DNA of 64,000 nucleotides from an uncultured Methanosarcinales archaeon (lineage in GTDB: Archaea > Nanobdellota > Nanobdellia > Woesearchaeales > DATGWN01), in the NCBI GenBank assembly GCA_964557345.1, contig CAZKZU010000001.1:555-64554 (forward strand), read 5' to 3'. Each line of letters starts with the position of its first letter. Within the stretch, counting starts at the first letter, position 1. Shown piece by piece: positions 18,475-28,201 of the stretch. Under the pieces are notes generated by a model. The model had not been told where the DNA came from. It searched no databases and worked only from the letters and a program-made list of their open reading frames with translations. A program made the position numbers and the translations under genes.

Positions 18475-20196
18475 ATGTTTGTTAATCAAATAGCTAAAGC
18501 AATTTCTGATGCGTCAGGTTGTAGTTTTGAAATTATTAAAGAGAAAATAGAAGTTCCTCCAGATTCTAAATTAGGTGATTTTGCATTTCCTTGCTTTATT
18601 CTTTCTAAAGAATTAAAAAAAGCGCCTCCTATGATTGCACAGGATTTAGTCAGTAAGTTGTCTTTGATGACGTCTTTGTCTGCAGCAGGAATTTTTGTAA
18701 AGGCTATTGGACCATATCTTAATTTCTATATTGATCATAGTAAAATTGTAAAGTCTATTTTGTTTGAAGTTTTAACTGAGAAAGAAAATTATGGAAAAGG
18801 AAATAAAACTGAAATAGTTTTAGTTGAATCCCCAGGACCAAATACTAATAAGCCATTGCACATGGGTCATTTGCGTAATATTTTACTTGGAGATTCTATT
18901 TATAAGATCTTACTTAAGAATGGCAAGAATGCGCATTTAGTTAATATTGTTAATGATAGAGGAGTTCATATTTGTAAATCTATGCTTGCTTACCAAATGT
19001 TTGGTAAAGGTATAACTCCTGAAAGTACTGGGATAAAATCTGATCATTTTGTTGGGAATTTTTATGTTGAATATGCGAAATACGCAAAAGAGCATCCTGA
19101 AGTAGAAGAAGAAATTCAGAAAATGCTTGTCAAATGGGAAGATGGAGACTCTGAGGTTAGGAAACTTTGGGCCATGATGAATAAATGGGCTCTTGATGGG
19201 TTTAGTCAAACTTACAAATTATTAGATTTTAATATTGAAAAAGAGTATTTTGAAAGTGACGTTTATTTGTCAGGGAAAGATATAATTTTAGATGGACTAA
19301 ATAAAGGTTTATTTGAGAAAGATGCAGAAGGAGGAGTTATTCTAGATTTAGAAAATAAAGGTTTAGGTAAAAAAGTTCTTTTGCGTTCAAATGGTACTGC
19401 TGTATATATTACTCAAGATATTGCTATGGCAAAGAAGCGATATGATGATTATAAGTTTGATGAAATGATTTATGTTGTAGGAAATGAACAAGAGCATCAT
19501 TTTAAAGTTCTATTCGAAGTTTTCAAAACATTAGGTTGGTCTTTTGGAAATAAATGTGCGCATTTTTCTTATGGAATGGTTGAACTTCCTGAAGGAAAAA
19601 TGAAATCCAGAGAAGGAAATGTTGTTGATACTGATAATTTAGTATCTGACGTAATTCTTATGGCAAAAGAGGAGATTACTAGTAGATATAGTAATTTGTC
19701 CGATGAAGAAATTCAACGAAGATCTAAAATTATTGCAATGGGTGCAATTAGATTTTTTATATTAAAGCACGATGCTAAAAAAGGATTTGTATATAATCCA
19801 AAAGAATCTCTTGCTTTTGAAGGTGAGACAGGTCCTTATGTTCAATATACTCATGCTAGAATTTGTTCAATACTTCGAAAAACAGATTTCAAATTTAACG
19901 GTACTAGTTCAATAAATTATGATTTGTTAAATACTGATTTAGATAAAGAAGTTGTTAAGTTGCTAGGCGAGTATCCTGCAATTGTTGATAAATCTGCAAG
20001 TGAGCTATCTCCGAACGTGCTTTGTAATTATTTAACAAAATTAGCCCAAAAATTTAATAATTATTACGCTGGAAATAAAATAATTCAAGAGGATGTTGCT
20101 TTGCAAGAATCACGATTATGTTTAATTTACGCAGTTAAGATTTTACTTTCTGACGGATTGAAATTACTTGGAATAGACGCTCCTGAAGAGATGTAA
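18475..20196 (+). CDS. argS: Arginine--tRNA ligase
   Basis: Class I HIGH-type motif PLHMGHLRN and typical ArgRS length and organisation (573 aa). Confidence 0.85.
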   Translation: MFVNQIAKAISDASGCSFEIIKEKIEVPPDSKLGDFAFPCFILSKELKKAPPMIAQDLVSKLSLMTSLSAAGIFVKAIGPYLNFYIDHSKIVKSILFEVLTEKENYGKGNKTEIVLVESPGPNTNKPLHMGHLRNILLGDSIYKILLKNGKNAHLVNIVNDRGVHICKSMLAYQMFGKGITPESTGIKSDHFVGNFYVEYAKYAKEHPEVEEEIQKMLVKWEDGDSEVRKLWAMMNKWALDGFSQTYKLLDFNIEKEYFESDVYLSGKDIILDGLNKGLFEKDAEGGVILDLENKGLGKKVLLRSNGTAVYITQDIAMAKKRYDDYKFDEMIYVVGNEQEHHFKVLFEVFKTLGWSFGNKCAHFSYGMVELPEGKMKSREGNVVDTDNLVSDVILMAKEEITSRYSNLSDEEIQRRSKIIAMGAIRFFILKHDAKKGFVYNPKESLAFEGETGPYVQYTHARICSILRKTDFKFNGTSSINYDLLNTDLDKEVVKLLGEYPAIVDKSASELSPNVLCNYLTKLAQKFNNYYAGNKIIQEDVALQESRLCLIYAVKILLSDGLKLLGIDAPEEM

Positions 20197-20284
20197 GTAG
20201 TATTTTTGAGATAGTTATAATTATTTTTTTATTTGGAATTTATCTTGTTGTTTTATTTTTATTTATTAATTCTTTTTTTTATTT

Positions 20285-20821
20285 CTATTTCGTATTTTTT
20301 TGCGATATATGTCTAAATCTTTCTTCAAATATTAAACTAATTGCAAAAGATATTTCTAGATAAGTTTTTTCGAATATGAAATGATCGTATGCAGCGGGGT
20401 CTTCTATATCTAGTTGTGAGAGTCCTGCAAATTCAGTTAGTGTGTATGTTTTAGGAAGTCCTGTTTTGAGATATGCTTCTTGATGTTTTCTTAAGCTATC
20501 TCTTTGCGCAACAGTCATAGTTAAAACTAAATCTGCTTCAAGTAGTTCTTGTCGGGTCATTGATTTTGGTTCGTGTTTATTACAAAAGTCTTCGTCATCA
20601 AGATGGTTGATTATTGAGAATCTAGAATAATCGGATATTTTTGAAAATATAGAATAGCACACTTTTTCATCTATAGTATTTCTTCTTGATGCAATCTGCA
20701 AATTAAGATTTCTTTTTTTGGCTTCATGTTTTGCAATAGCTTCCGCCATGGGGCTTCTGCAAGTATTACCTGTACATGTAAAATATATTATTTTGATATT
20801 ATTGTAATCTTCAGTATTCAT
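20285..20821 (-). CDS. Low-molecular-weight protein-tyrosine phosphatase / ArsC-like
   Basis: P-loop CTGNTCRS (CxGNxCRS signature) near the N-terminus. Confidence 0.75.
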   Translation of the reverse strand: MNTEDYNNIKIIYFTCTGNTCRSPMAEAIAKHEAKKRNLNLQIASRRNTIDEKVCYSIFSKISDYSRFSIINHLDDEDFCNKHEPKSMTRQELLEADLVLTMTVAQRDSLRKHQEAYLKTGLPKTYTLTEFAGLSQLDIEDPAAYDHFIFEKTYLEISFAISLIFEERFRHISQKNTK

Positions 20822-20886
20822 GTCATAAGGAGGAATTAAAATGAATATATAAATTTATTCGATTAGCTCTCTTTCTAATTTATATT

Positions 20887-21243
20887 TTAAAGAATTTTTT
20901 TAATTTTATCTAGATCCCAGACTTCTTTTATATTTATTGCAATGGTGTGGCTTGGAGTGTAAGGTTTGCTATTTTTTATTGCGTATTCGTGATGTTTACC
21001 TGAAGTTAATAGTTCGACTGTGCCTTTTAGTCTGTAGTATTCTTTTTTGTATTTCGTTACTACTACTATTTTTTTGTTTTTTAAAAGGTTGTTTAAGGTG
21101 GTTTTCATTTGACATGCGCCAATTAGTAGTTTTTTGTCGTGGATGCCCAAAGAAATAACAACTATTGCATGTGGGTCAGATTTGTTTGAACTTGTGACAA
21201 CTACTAATTCATTTCCCTTTTTAACTGAAGTTTGCCACGTCAT
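20887..21243 (-). CDS. Hypothetical protein (possibly a PNPOx-like split-barrel fold)
   Basis: 118 aa; weak resemblance only. Confidence 0.2.
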   Translation of the reverse strand: MTWQTSVKKGNELVVVTSSNKSDPHAIVVISLGIHDKKLLIGACQMKTTLNNLLKNKKIVVVTKYKKEYYRLKGTVELLTSGKHHEYAIKNSKPYTPSHTIAINIKEVWDLDKIKKIL

Positions 21244-21272
21244 TGTAGATGTTGTTTTTCAAATAAGAAAAA

Positions 21273-22049
21273 TTAAAGAGAATTATTTTCTTTTACAATT
21301 CGAATGTAGGAATATAATATTATTGCAACTTCAATCATTCTCATATTATGTTCATATGCTCTAACTATTCCTCTTTTTATTTCTTCTATTTTTGTTGTTA
21401 ATAGTTCTGATTTTTGAAGATCTTCTGCAGATAGTTTGTTTTTTATTATACTGAAATCTAATTTTTTTAATTCTTCATCTAATGATACGTGGAAAAGATA
21501 CCCTTTTTTCATGCCTTCATAAAGTCCAGTAATTGCTTGTACCTCTCCTTCGTTGACTATTTCTTCAGCATTAAAATAAAAGTCTCCATCGTGTCTTAAC
21601 ATCCTTTCAAATATATCGCTCAACTTTTTATTGTAATTTGCATTTTCTTCTTCTTTGAATTTTAAATTTTGATTAATCATATATGTGAATTCTCTAATAG
21701 TTTGACCTTTGTATCTAATCATGTTATTAGAATAAAGAATATTTTTGGTAAGTGCTTCTCTTAATTTATCTAAAATATTAATTGCTCTTTGAATATTAAC
21801 TTTACTATATGTTTCGCTTCCATTATCAAGAAGGTCTTTTAATTCATATATAACTGGATTAATTTGATCTAAAGCTTTGTCCATTAAGAATTTGTCAGTA
21901 TCTGACATAAAGTAAGTAATCAATTGAGAGTCTAGTTTTTCTTCAGTTAAAGGCAAAGGATAATTTCTTTTTAATTCTCTCATTACTTTGACAACTTCAA
22001 CTTCAGTTGATTTTGGACTTAAATCGTTTAGTGAGTGGATGTATATCAT
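21273..22049 (-). CDS. Hypothetical cytoplasmic protein
   Basis: 258 aa helical protein with no diagnostic motif. Confidence 0.25.
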   Translation of the reverse strand: MIYIHSLNDLSPKSTEVEVVKVMRELKRNYPLPLTEEKLDSQLITYFMSDTDKFLMDKALDQINPVIYELKDLLDNGSETYSKVNIQRAINILDKLREALTKNILYSNNMIRYKGQTIREFTYMINQNLKFKEEENANYNKKLSDIFERMLRHDGDFYFNAEEIVNEGEVQAITGLYEGMKKGYLFHVSLDEELKKLDFSIIKNKLSAEDLQKSELLTTKIEEIKRGIVRAYEHNMRMIEVAIILYSYIRIVKENNSL

Positions 22050-22205
22050 TGTTTTTACCTTCGTTATTATCTTTATCTCTGAAAGTTACTATGTGAAAGC
22101 TTATTTAAAAGTTTTTTTATGGTTAGGTTTTAATTTAAGCGTAACCTTAGTTTTGAATAAGGTAAGTCAATTTAGCAGGTTTACAATTGATTTAGAGAAT
22201 ACTAT

Positions 22206-22589
22206 TTAAGTTTTAATATCTACTTTTTCCCAGAATGCAGCATCATTTATGCTTCCATTTAGATACGAGTCAATTGCGTCTTTGTGAACTACTATTTTTG
22301 CAGTTGATTTGCCATCCAGAGTATTAATGATTGTTATTTTAGTATAATTAAAACTTGCAGATGTTGCCATTATAGTTGCCCAATCTGCGATTATTTGAGT
22401 GTCATATTCATTTGCTAAGGCTGCATCATAAGTAATGGTTACGCTGTTAAAAAAAGTGTCTATATCTGATACGTGTAATCCTTGTTCTTTTAATGAAAAT
22501 TCTAGAGAATCTGTAGACATTTTAGAACTGCATCCTGATAGCATAAAAGTTATTATTAATGCTAATGTTATTATTAGTATTTTTTTCAT
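22206..22589 (-). CDS. Small secreted lipoprotein
   Basis: Signal peptide plus lipobox LSGC|SS. Confidence 0.5.
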   Translation of the reverse strand: MKKILIITLALIITFMLSGCSSKMSTDSLEFSLKEQGLHVSDIDTFFNSVTITYDAALANEYDTQIIADWATIMATSASFNYTKITIINTLDGKSTAKIVVHKDAIDSYLNGSINDAAFWEKVDIKT

Positions 22590-22650
22590 TTTGTTTTCCT
22601 TTTTTTTGTTTTAAAATTATATTGCTGATTATGGTATTTTTTATGTTTAT

Positions 22651-23934
22651 TTAATATCCGCTAATTCCATCAGTATCACAATGTTCTGGGTCATCTATGC
22701 ATTTGTTTATTGCATGTGTTCTTTGTGCACGTGCGTTTGCTAATTTCATTGCTGCATCGAATGTTTCTTTTGTTACAGTTGAAATTGTACTTCCAAATAC
22801 GGGAACATAACTAGTTGCGTATTCTAATCCTTTACCTAAATAAACTCCGCCTTTAAGGACGTCTGCTTTTCCTTTATCCAATCTTCCTTCAGCAATTAAT
22901 TTATTTATTTTATCTACTTTAGTGTAAACTTCGTTTACTTCATCATAAACTTTTTTGAATTTTTCTATTTTTTCATTTATTGATTTATATTGTTCAGATG
23001 CTTTGTCGTATTTTGCTTTCATTTCTTCAAGTTGATTTAAGTTTTTCTTTAAATCATATCCTGCAGTATTTTTTGCCCATTTCCATCCTTCTTCAGCAAT
23101 TTCTCCTACTTTTTCATCTACTTCTTCTTGAGCATAATCTGTAACGCTTGTTTTCAATTGATCAACTAATGTATTTGCTTTTTCATCTAAGCTTTTTATT
23201 AATTGTTTTTCATCTTTTATTGTTTCAAGTTTAGTCATTAATGTATCTATATTTGCATTTGGATTTTGAACTTTGTATGCGATGTATGCTTTTTTTATGT
23301 CTGAGGAAACATCTTCATCATCTACATCACCAATAACGCTATTTATTCTGTCTCTTGTATATTCGCTTTTTTGTCCAGCTGGTGCAACGCCGAATAGATC
23401 ATCTTTTTTAGTTTGTAATGTTGATAATTCCGCTCTTGTTTTTGAATCAGTTGGATCGCTTGCAAGCTTATCTTTAAGGTCGCTGATTTGGGTGTCCATG
23501 TCTTTTAATGAACTTGATGTAACTCTACTTGATATCGTTGAAGTGCATTTTTGTTGTTCTGCTTGGGATAATTTTGAACATCCTTTTACGTCCATTTTAT
23601 CTGTTGCAATTCCTGAAATACATTCTTCTTTTGTATAAGATCCATATCCGCCTGCTATTTTTGAACAATCAGCATATTTTCCCGTTTCTTGAGCTACCAT
23701 TAAATAACATTTATCTTTTGGCGGATTTGAACCCATTTTTTTATATTCAGGAGGTGCAGTTACTTTTGCACATTTATCTGAATTTCCAGAGCCGACTGCT
23801 GCTTGCTGGTAGCAATGACTTGAGTCAGGATTGATATCGCAAAGTAATTCAGTTAATTCAGGAATTAGATCGCATCCGGGTAGAATTAGTAGTAATGCGA
23901 TTGCAAGGATAAAGATAGCAGATATTTTTTTCAT
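22651..23934 (-). CDS. Secreted lipoprotein with a Cys-rich N-terminal module and long coiled-coil
   Basis: Signal peptide with LPGC lipobox; about 14 Cys in the first 130 residues; K/D/E-rich heptad-like remainder. Confidence 0.45.
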   Translation of the reverse strand: MKKISAIFILAIALLLILPGCDLIPELTELLCDINPDSSHCYQQAAVGSGNSDKCAKVTAPPEYKKMGSNPPKDKCYLMVAQETGKYADCSKIAGGYGSYTKEECISGIATDKMDVKGCSKLSQAEQQKCTSTISSRVTSSSLKDMDTQISDLKDKLASDPTDSKTRAELSTLQTKKDDLFGVAPAGQKSEYTRDRINSVIGDVDDEDVSSDIKKAYIAYKVQNPNANIDTLMTKLETIKDEKQLIKSLDEKANTLVDQLKTSVTDYAQEEVDEKVGEIAEEGWKWAKNTAGYDLKKNLNQLEEMKAKYDKASEQYKSINEKIEKFKKVYDEVNEVYTKVDKINKLIAEGRLDKGKADVLKGGVYLGKGLEYATSYVPVFGSTISTVTKETFDAAMKLANARAQRTHAINKCIDDPEHCDTDGISGY

Positions 23935-24548
23935 TTTTTCACCTTATTATATGTTTTTTTTGAGATGTGTTTAATTTTATGATATGAATTAGTTGTATGT
24001 GTTGCTAATTTTTTACTTCCTTTTGCAATTGCTGGAAAAACAGTATTCATTAATAATTGCCAGTTTAAGTATATTAAAACTAATAGTAAAATTCCCAGTA
24101 TTATTTCTGTTGCATAAAGTAATGGAATTCCTGCAAATAGAATTATTCCAATTGATATAGGAGAATATCTGGATTCAATGTAAACTAGTTGTATTGCAAG
24201 CCATAATAATAATAGTGCTCCAATTAATCCAATTATTGTTGTAGTTTGTTTGTATTTATTTAATTTGAGTAATTTTGATAGTCCAAAAAGTATAGAGTAT
24301 AAAATCGATAAAAGTATTCCTAAAATAATTCCAACTGCAAATCCGTATTTTGATGCATATTTTAATGTGCCTTCAGTTGCAGTATACATATATGTTGAAA
24401 TAACTCTGGATTCTGAAGTTATTTTTTTAAATTCAGTTGTTAATTCTGATTTTTGCATAAAGAATATTGCAATAAATAACACTACAAAAGCTATAACTAT
24501 AGTCCATAAGAAAGCCTTGCTTTGTAAGTATGGTGTTTTTTCTTCCAT
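23931..24548 (-). CDS. Polytopic membrane protein
   Basis: Five or six hydrophobic helices; start overlaps the previous gene's stop. Confidence 0.35.
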   Translation of the reverse strand: MEEKTPYLQSKAFLWTIVIAFVVLFIAIFFMQKSELTTEFKKITSESRVISTYMYTATEGTLKYASKYGFAVGIILGILLSILYSILFGLSKLLKLNKYKQTTTIIGLIGALLLLWLAIQLVYIESRYSPISIGIILFAGIPLLYATEIILGILLLVLIYLNWQLLMNTVFPAIAKGSKKLATHTTNSYHKIKHISKKTYNKVKK

Positions 24549-24819
24549 TTAGCATTTACTTTTTTTAATAATTTAAAAAGGTTTTTGTTGTGATAGTTAG
24601 TGTTTTTATATCAACTGAAGTTAAATAATCACGTATTTAATCTTTTAAAGATATATAAGTAATATTTTTTGTTGTCAGTATAGTTTTGATTTTAGGTTTA
24701 ATTGGAACTTGGGTGTTTAATAGAATTGAAACTTTAAGCGGATATATTTTTTCAAATTAACTTATTAGATAAAAATTTTAGAAAATATACAAAATTGAAA
24801 ATATAAAAAAATAAAATAT

Positions 24820-25533
24820 TTATGGATATTTAATTCCACTTGGAATCATATTTGAAATATCTTGTGCTGCTGCGGGTAATTGAAATACGCTTGAGTCAAC
24901 AGTTCTTAATACCTTTGTTGCAATCATATTTGATTGAGGTGTTGCCATTTCAAGTAAAATCCCGTCATTTGTATAACAAACTTTAGATGTGGACTTATTA
25001 TAATTGACTTCGTATTTATTTCCAGTTTCTCCTGCTTGTGTACAAGTTCCAATAAGTGTTGATATTACTGAACCATCTTTGATTCCACTTTCCATTTGAG
25101 TGTTAGCAGGTTTTGGAACATCCATTTTAAAACAAGTCCAAGATCCAGCCATATTATTACATGAATTAACAGTATTTCCATCAAATATTACTTTAGCATC
25201 TCCTTGGGTAGTTTTTATGATTGTAGCTAATTTAGGAAGATCTAATGCAATTGTCATTGTTTGAACGGGATTTGATCCAGCTGTTAAACTATAATCTACA
25301 GTGTATTTTGGGACAGCAACTGAAAGAATGTCTTTTAAAGATTTTCCTTCAACTTTTGGTGTTGTTGGAGTTTCAGTTTTTGTGGGTTGTTTTTCTGTTT
25401 GTGTTTCAGGCGTTTTTGATGTAACTGAATCAGTGTTTTGTTTTTGTTTCTCTGTATTAACAGTAGAATTTTCTTGTGAGCATCCTGCTAGTATAAGCAG
25501 TAGTGCCAAACATATTATTCCTAATATTTTCAT
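24820..25533 (-). CDS. Secreted lipoprotein with a Thr/Pro-rich linker
   Basis: Signal peptide plus LAGC lipobox, then a TETPTTPK low-complexity linker and a Cys-containing domain. Confidence 0.5.
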   Translation of the reverse strand: MKILGIICLALLLILAGCSQENSTVNTEKQKQNTDSVTSKTPETQTEKQPTKTETPTTPKVEGKSLKDILSVAVPKYTVDYSLTAGSNPVQTMTIALDLPKLATIIKTTQGDAKVIFDGNTVNSCNNMAGSWTCFKMDVPKPANTQMESGIKDGSVISTLIGTCTQAGETGNKYEVNYNKSTSKVCYTNDGILLEMATPQSNMIATKVLRTVDSSVFQLPAAAQDISNMIPSGIKYP

Positions 25534-25661
25534 TATTGCACCTCTAGATTAAATAAAGAATTCTATTTTGGTTTAAATAGATTTGGATACCAGTTTGTGT
25601 TTTTTAATAAGAGTTATATCTATTCAATAATAATTTTATGTATGTAAACTGTTGTACCTTT

Positions 25662-25730
25662 GTTATTAGTATTATTATTATTATTATTACTATTATTGTT
25701 ACTAATATTACTATTAATAGTTATTATGTC
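25662..25730. repeat. Simple sequence repeat (TAT/ATT)n, ~70 bp, imperfect
   Basis: tattagtattattattattattattactattattgttactaatattactattaatag read directly. Intergenic, ~130 bp upstream of the lipoprotein gene start at 25533. Confidence 0.6.
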
Positions 25731-25787
25731 GAAAGAAGTGTGTGCTATTTTTAGCGTTGCTATATTGAAGAATATATCGTAGACGGA

Positions 25788-26411
25788 TTATTCTTTTCTA
25801 CCATAACTTCTATCTCCTGCATCTCCAAGTCCTGGAACTATAAAATATTTATCGTTTAGAATTGGATCGCTTACTGCAGTATGTATTTTAATGTCTGGTT
25901 TGTATTTTAGAATATTTTCTATTCCAGGTTTACTTGCTATCGCACTTGCTATGATTATTTCTTTAGGATTTTCTTTTTCTAATATTTTTATCGATTCAAT
26001 TATGCTTCCACCGGTTGCTAACATGGTGTCTGCCAGTATGACTATTTTTTTATAGATATTTGGTAATGCGACATAACTTATAGTTGATTTTGCTGTTTTT
26101 TCATCTCTCATTGCACCGATAAATCCTGCTTCTGAATCTGGAAATGCTCTAAGAAGACCATTCATAAAGGGAATTCCTGCTCTTAGAACTCCGATAATAA
26201 TTGGTTGTTCGGCTAAAATGTTGTGATATGCATTTTTTCCTAATTGAGTTTTTACTTCTTGTTTTGCAGTCGGTAAATCTTGTGCTATTATGTATCCTAT
26301 TTGTTCACCTACTGTTTCTAGTGTTGTTCTAAACTGACTTTTTTCTGTAAGAGGATTTCTTAGTTTAAATATTAAAGCCTCAAGTTGTGGGTTGTTTTGG
26401 TTTTGGGTCAT
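25788..26411 (-). CDS. upp: Uracil phosphoribosyltransferase
   Basis: PRPP-binding motif ILADTMLATGGS and UPRTase-like length (207 aa). Confidence 0.8.
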   Translation of the reverse strand: MTQNQNNPQLEALIFKLRNPLTEKSQFRTTLETVGEQIGYIIAQDLPTAKQEVKTQLGKNAYHNILAEQPIIIGVLRAGIPFMNGLLRAFPDSEAGFIGAMRDEKTAKSTISYVALPNIYKKIVILADTMLATGGSIIESIKILEKENPKEIIIASAIASKPGIENILKYKPDIKIHTAVSDPILNDKYFIVPGLGDAGDRSYGRKE

Positions 26412-26502
26412 GTTTATGTTAAAAATATTTTTATATTATAATTTAGTGTAGTAGATGATTCTACACTTTTTATACAATGTTTTTTAAACGTTTGACTTAT
26501 AT

Positions 26503-26706
26503 TTGGATATAATGACTGATGTACAAGAAGTAAATGGTGTTTCTATAAGGGTTAAAGAATTAGATCGTACTAAGTTAACTATAGGACAAAAAAAATGGTT
26601 AAATATGCATAGATGTGAGAATTGTAATTCTATTATGCCAAGTATTAAAAAAAATATTATCCTTATTTGTGATAAATGTTGGAGAGTTGTAATTGCCAAG
26701 AAATAA
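26503..26706 (+). CDS. Small zinc-ribbon protein
   Basis: CENCNS...CDKCW (two CxxC pairs) in 67 aa. Confidence 0.3.
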   Translation: MDIMTDVQEVNGVSIRVKELDRTKLTIGQKKWLNMHRCENCNSIMPSIKKNIILICDKCWRVVIAKK

Positions 26707-26727
26707 TTGGTTTTTTATTATGCTTCT

Positions 26728-28083
26728 TTATTCTTTTAGTTTAATTTTTCTTAGTTGATTAAGATAACTGCTCATGTCGTTTAATTTAATGATAGCATCT
26801 CCTCTCAAACAAATAATTTTTGGTCCATTCGTTGATTTTTCATATGCTTTTAATAATGCAGGAAAATCCATGTCTAATAATTCGTTGAATGTATATTTAT
26901 TTGCTCTAGCAATCTCAAAATATATGTGGTATCCTATCGAATAGCAATAATTGTATAATTTCTCTGATAAATCTTTATTTTTATTTTGTACTTTTTGCAA
27001 ATCAACAAATGTGACATCTTTAAAAACAATCATTGTCTCTAGCCATTCTTTTTCAACTTTTTCAGCATCACGTTTTGCATAAGCAAATGCTGATTTAGAT
27101 TCCATTTCAGTCATAGGTACTTGTCCAAATTTTCCTATGAATGTAGCTATTCCTTCAGACATAATTTCATCTTTAAAAATTTCAAGAGTTATTCTAAATA
27201 TTTCATACGCACTTAGTGTTGCATGTTGATTTAACGTATTAGCAGCTGTTAAAATGTTATGCATTGACTTTGCGTGTTTGTGAATTCTGTCGTTTTTTGC
27301 TAGGAAGTTCCTGTGTATTTTTCCTTGGATTTGTTCAACTATATGTGTTGCTTCATGTCGCATCACGTTTAGCATTATCGTTTTGTATGAATCATTTTCT
27401 TTGGCACGTTTTTCTTGTAGTTTGTATTCAGTAAATTTTAAAATCTGATCTATCGGAATGTTACATTGGATCATGCTTCTAACATCGTATGGGATGTCGG
27501 TTTCTATGAGAATTTTTGGCTCTTTATAATGGAAAATTAGAAGATCTAGTGCAACTTCATATTCTATAATAGTTCCTGTTGATAAATAATAGAGTCTGTC
27601 AAAAAATATATGTATTCTGAATTTATTTTGATCAATTTCTTTTGGTGTTACATATGCAATGTCGCTAGTTGTCCAATCTTTTTCAACTTTTCTAATAATG
27701 GTTTTTTGATTTTTATTAAGGTATTTTTCTGGGATCGATTTAATTAGGGATTCTCCTGCTCCTTCTTCTAGAATAATTTCTAATTCTGGGATACAGCTGA
27801 AAAATGGTTCTTGTTTTATAATTGTAGTGCATTCTTTAACAATATTTGCAATGAAATTATATACTTCCTTAACTCGGGTTTTATAGTCTCCAGTGATTTC
27901 GCAAAGTAATGCTTTTTGTAATGATTCACTTGAATCTAAACTCCCTGAGAGATTATTAAGTCGTAAGTCTACTAATTTTTTTGATAATTTACTTGTTATT
28001 TTTACAGGAATTCCTCCTGCTATACCATTAAATAAAGTATCTTGATCTAGGAGTTTGTCATTTAAAATATTAAATATACTCAT
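26728..28083 (-). CDS. Cytoplasmic HExxH protein (putative zinc-dependent hydrolase of unknown family)
   Basis: VMRHEATHIVE HExxH motif in a 451 aa protein with no signal peptide. Confidence 0.3.
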   Translation of the reverse strand: MSIFNILNDKLLDQDTLFNGIAGGIPVKITSKLSKKLVDLRLNNLSGSLDSSESLQKALLCEITGDYKTRVKEVYNFIANIVKECTTIIKQEPFFSCIPELEIILEEGAGESLIKSIPEKYLNKNQKTIIRKVEKDWTTSDIAYVTPKEIDQNKFRIHIFFDRLYYLSTGTIIEYEVALDLLIFHYKEPKILIETDIPYDVRSMIQCNIPIDQILKFTEYKLQEKRAKENDSYKTIMLNVMRHEATHIVEQIQGKIHRNFLAKNDRIHKHAKSMHNILTAANTLNQHATLSAYEIFRITLEIFKDEIMSEGIATFIGKFGQVPMTEMESKSAFAYAKRDAEKVEKEWLETMIVFKDVTFVDLQKVQNKNKDLSEKLYNYCYSIGYHIYFEIARANKYTFNELLDMDFPALLKAYEKSTNGPKIICLRGDAIIKLNDMSSYLNQLRKIKLKE

Positions 28084-28201
28084 AAGTGTCTTTTGGAAAT
28101 ACTTATTAATAAATCTTTGTTTAAATTGTGTTTTATTTATTTAGTTTTATTAATTTCGTTTATAGATGTATGATTTTGTTATTAGTTATTTATTCGCATG
28201 T

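Noticed and set aside
23273-23834. Two overlapping + strand ORFs (121 and 101 aa) antisense to the coiled-coil lipoprotein gene
   Set aside because: They are antisense artefacts of a Lys/Glu/Asp-rich coding region. The minus-strand gene has a signal peptide and coherent architecture.
25620-25745. Possible CRISPR-like or tandem array in the repetitive intergenic stretch
   Set aside because: It is a simple trinucleotide microsatellite without repeat-spacer periodicity. No direct repeats of 25-40 bp separated by unique spacers occur anywhere in the window.
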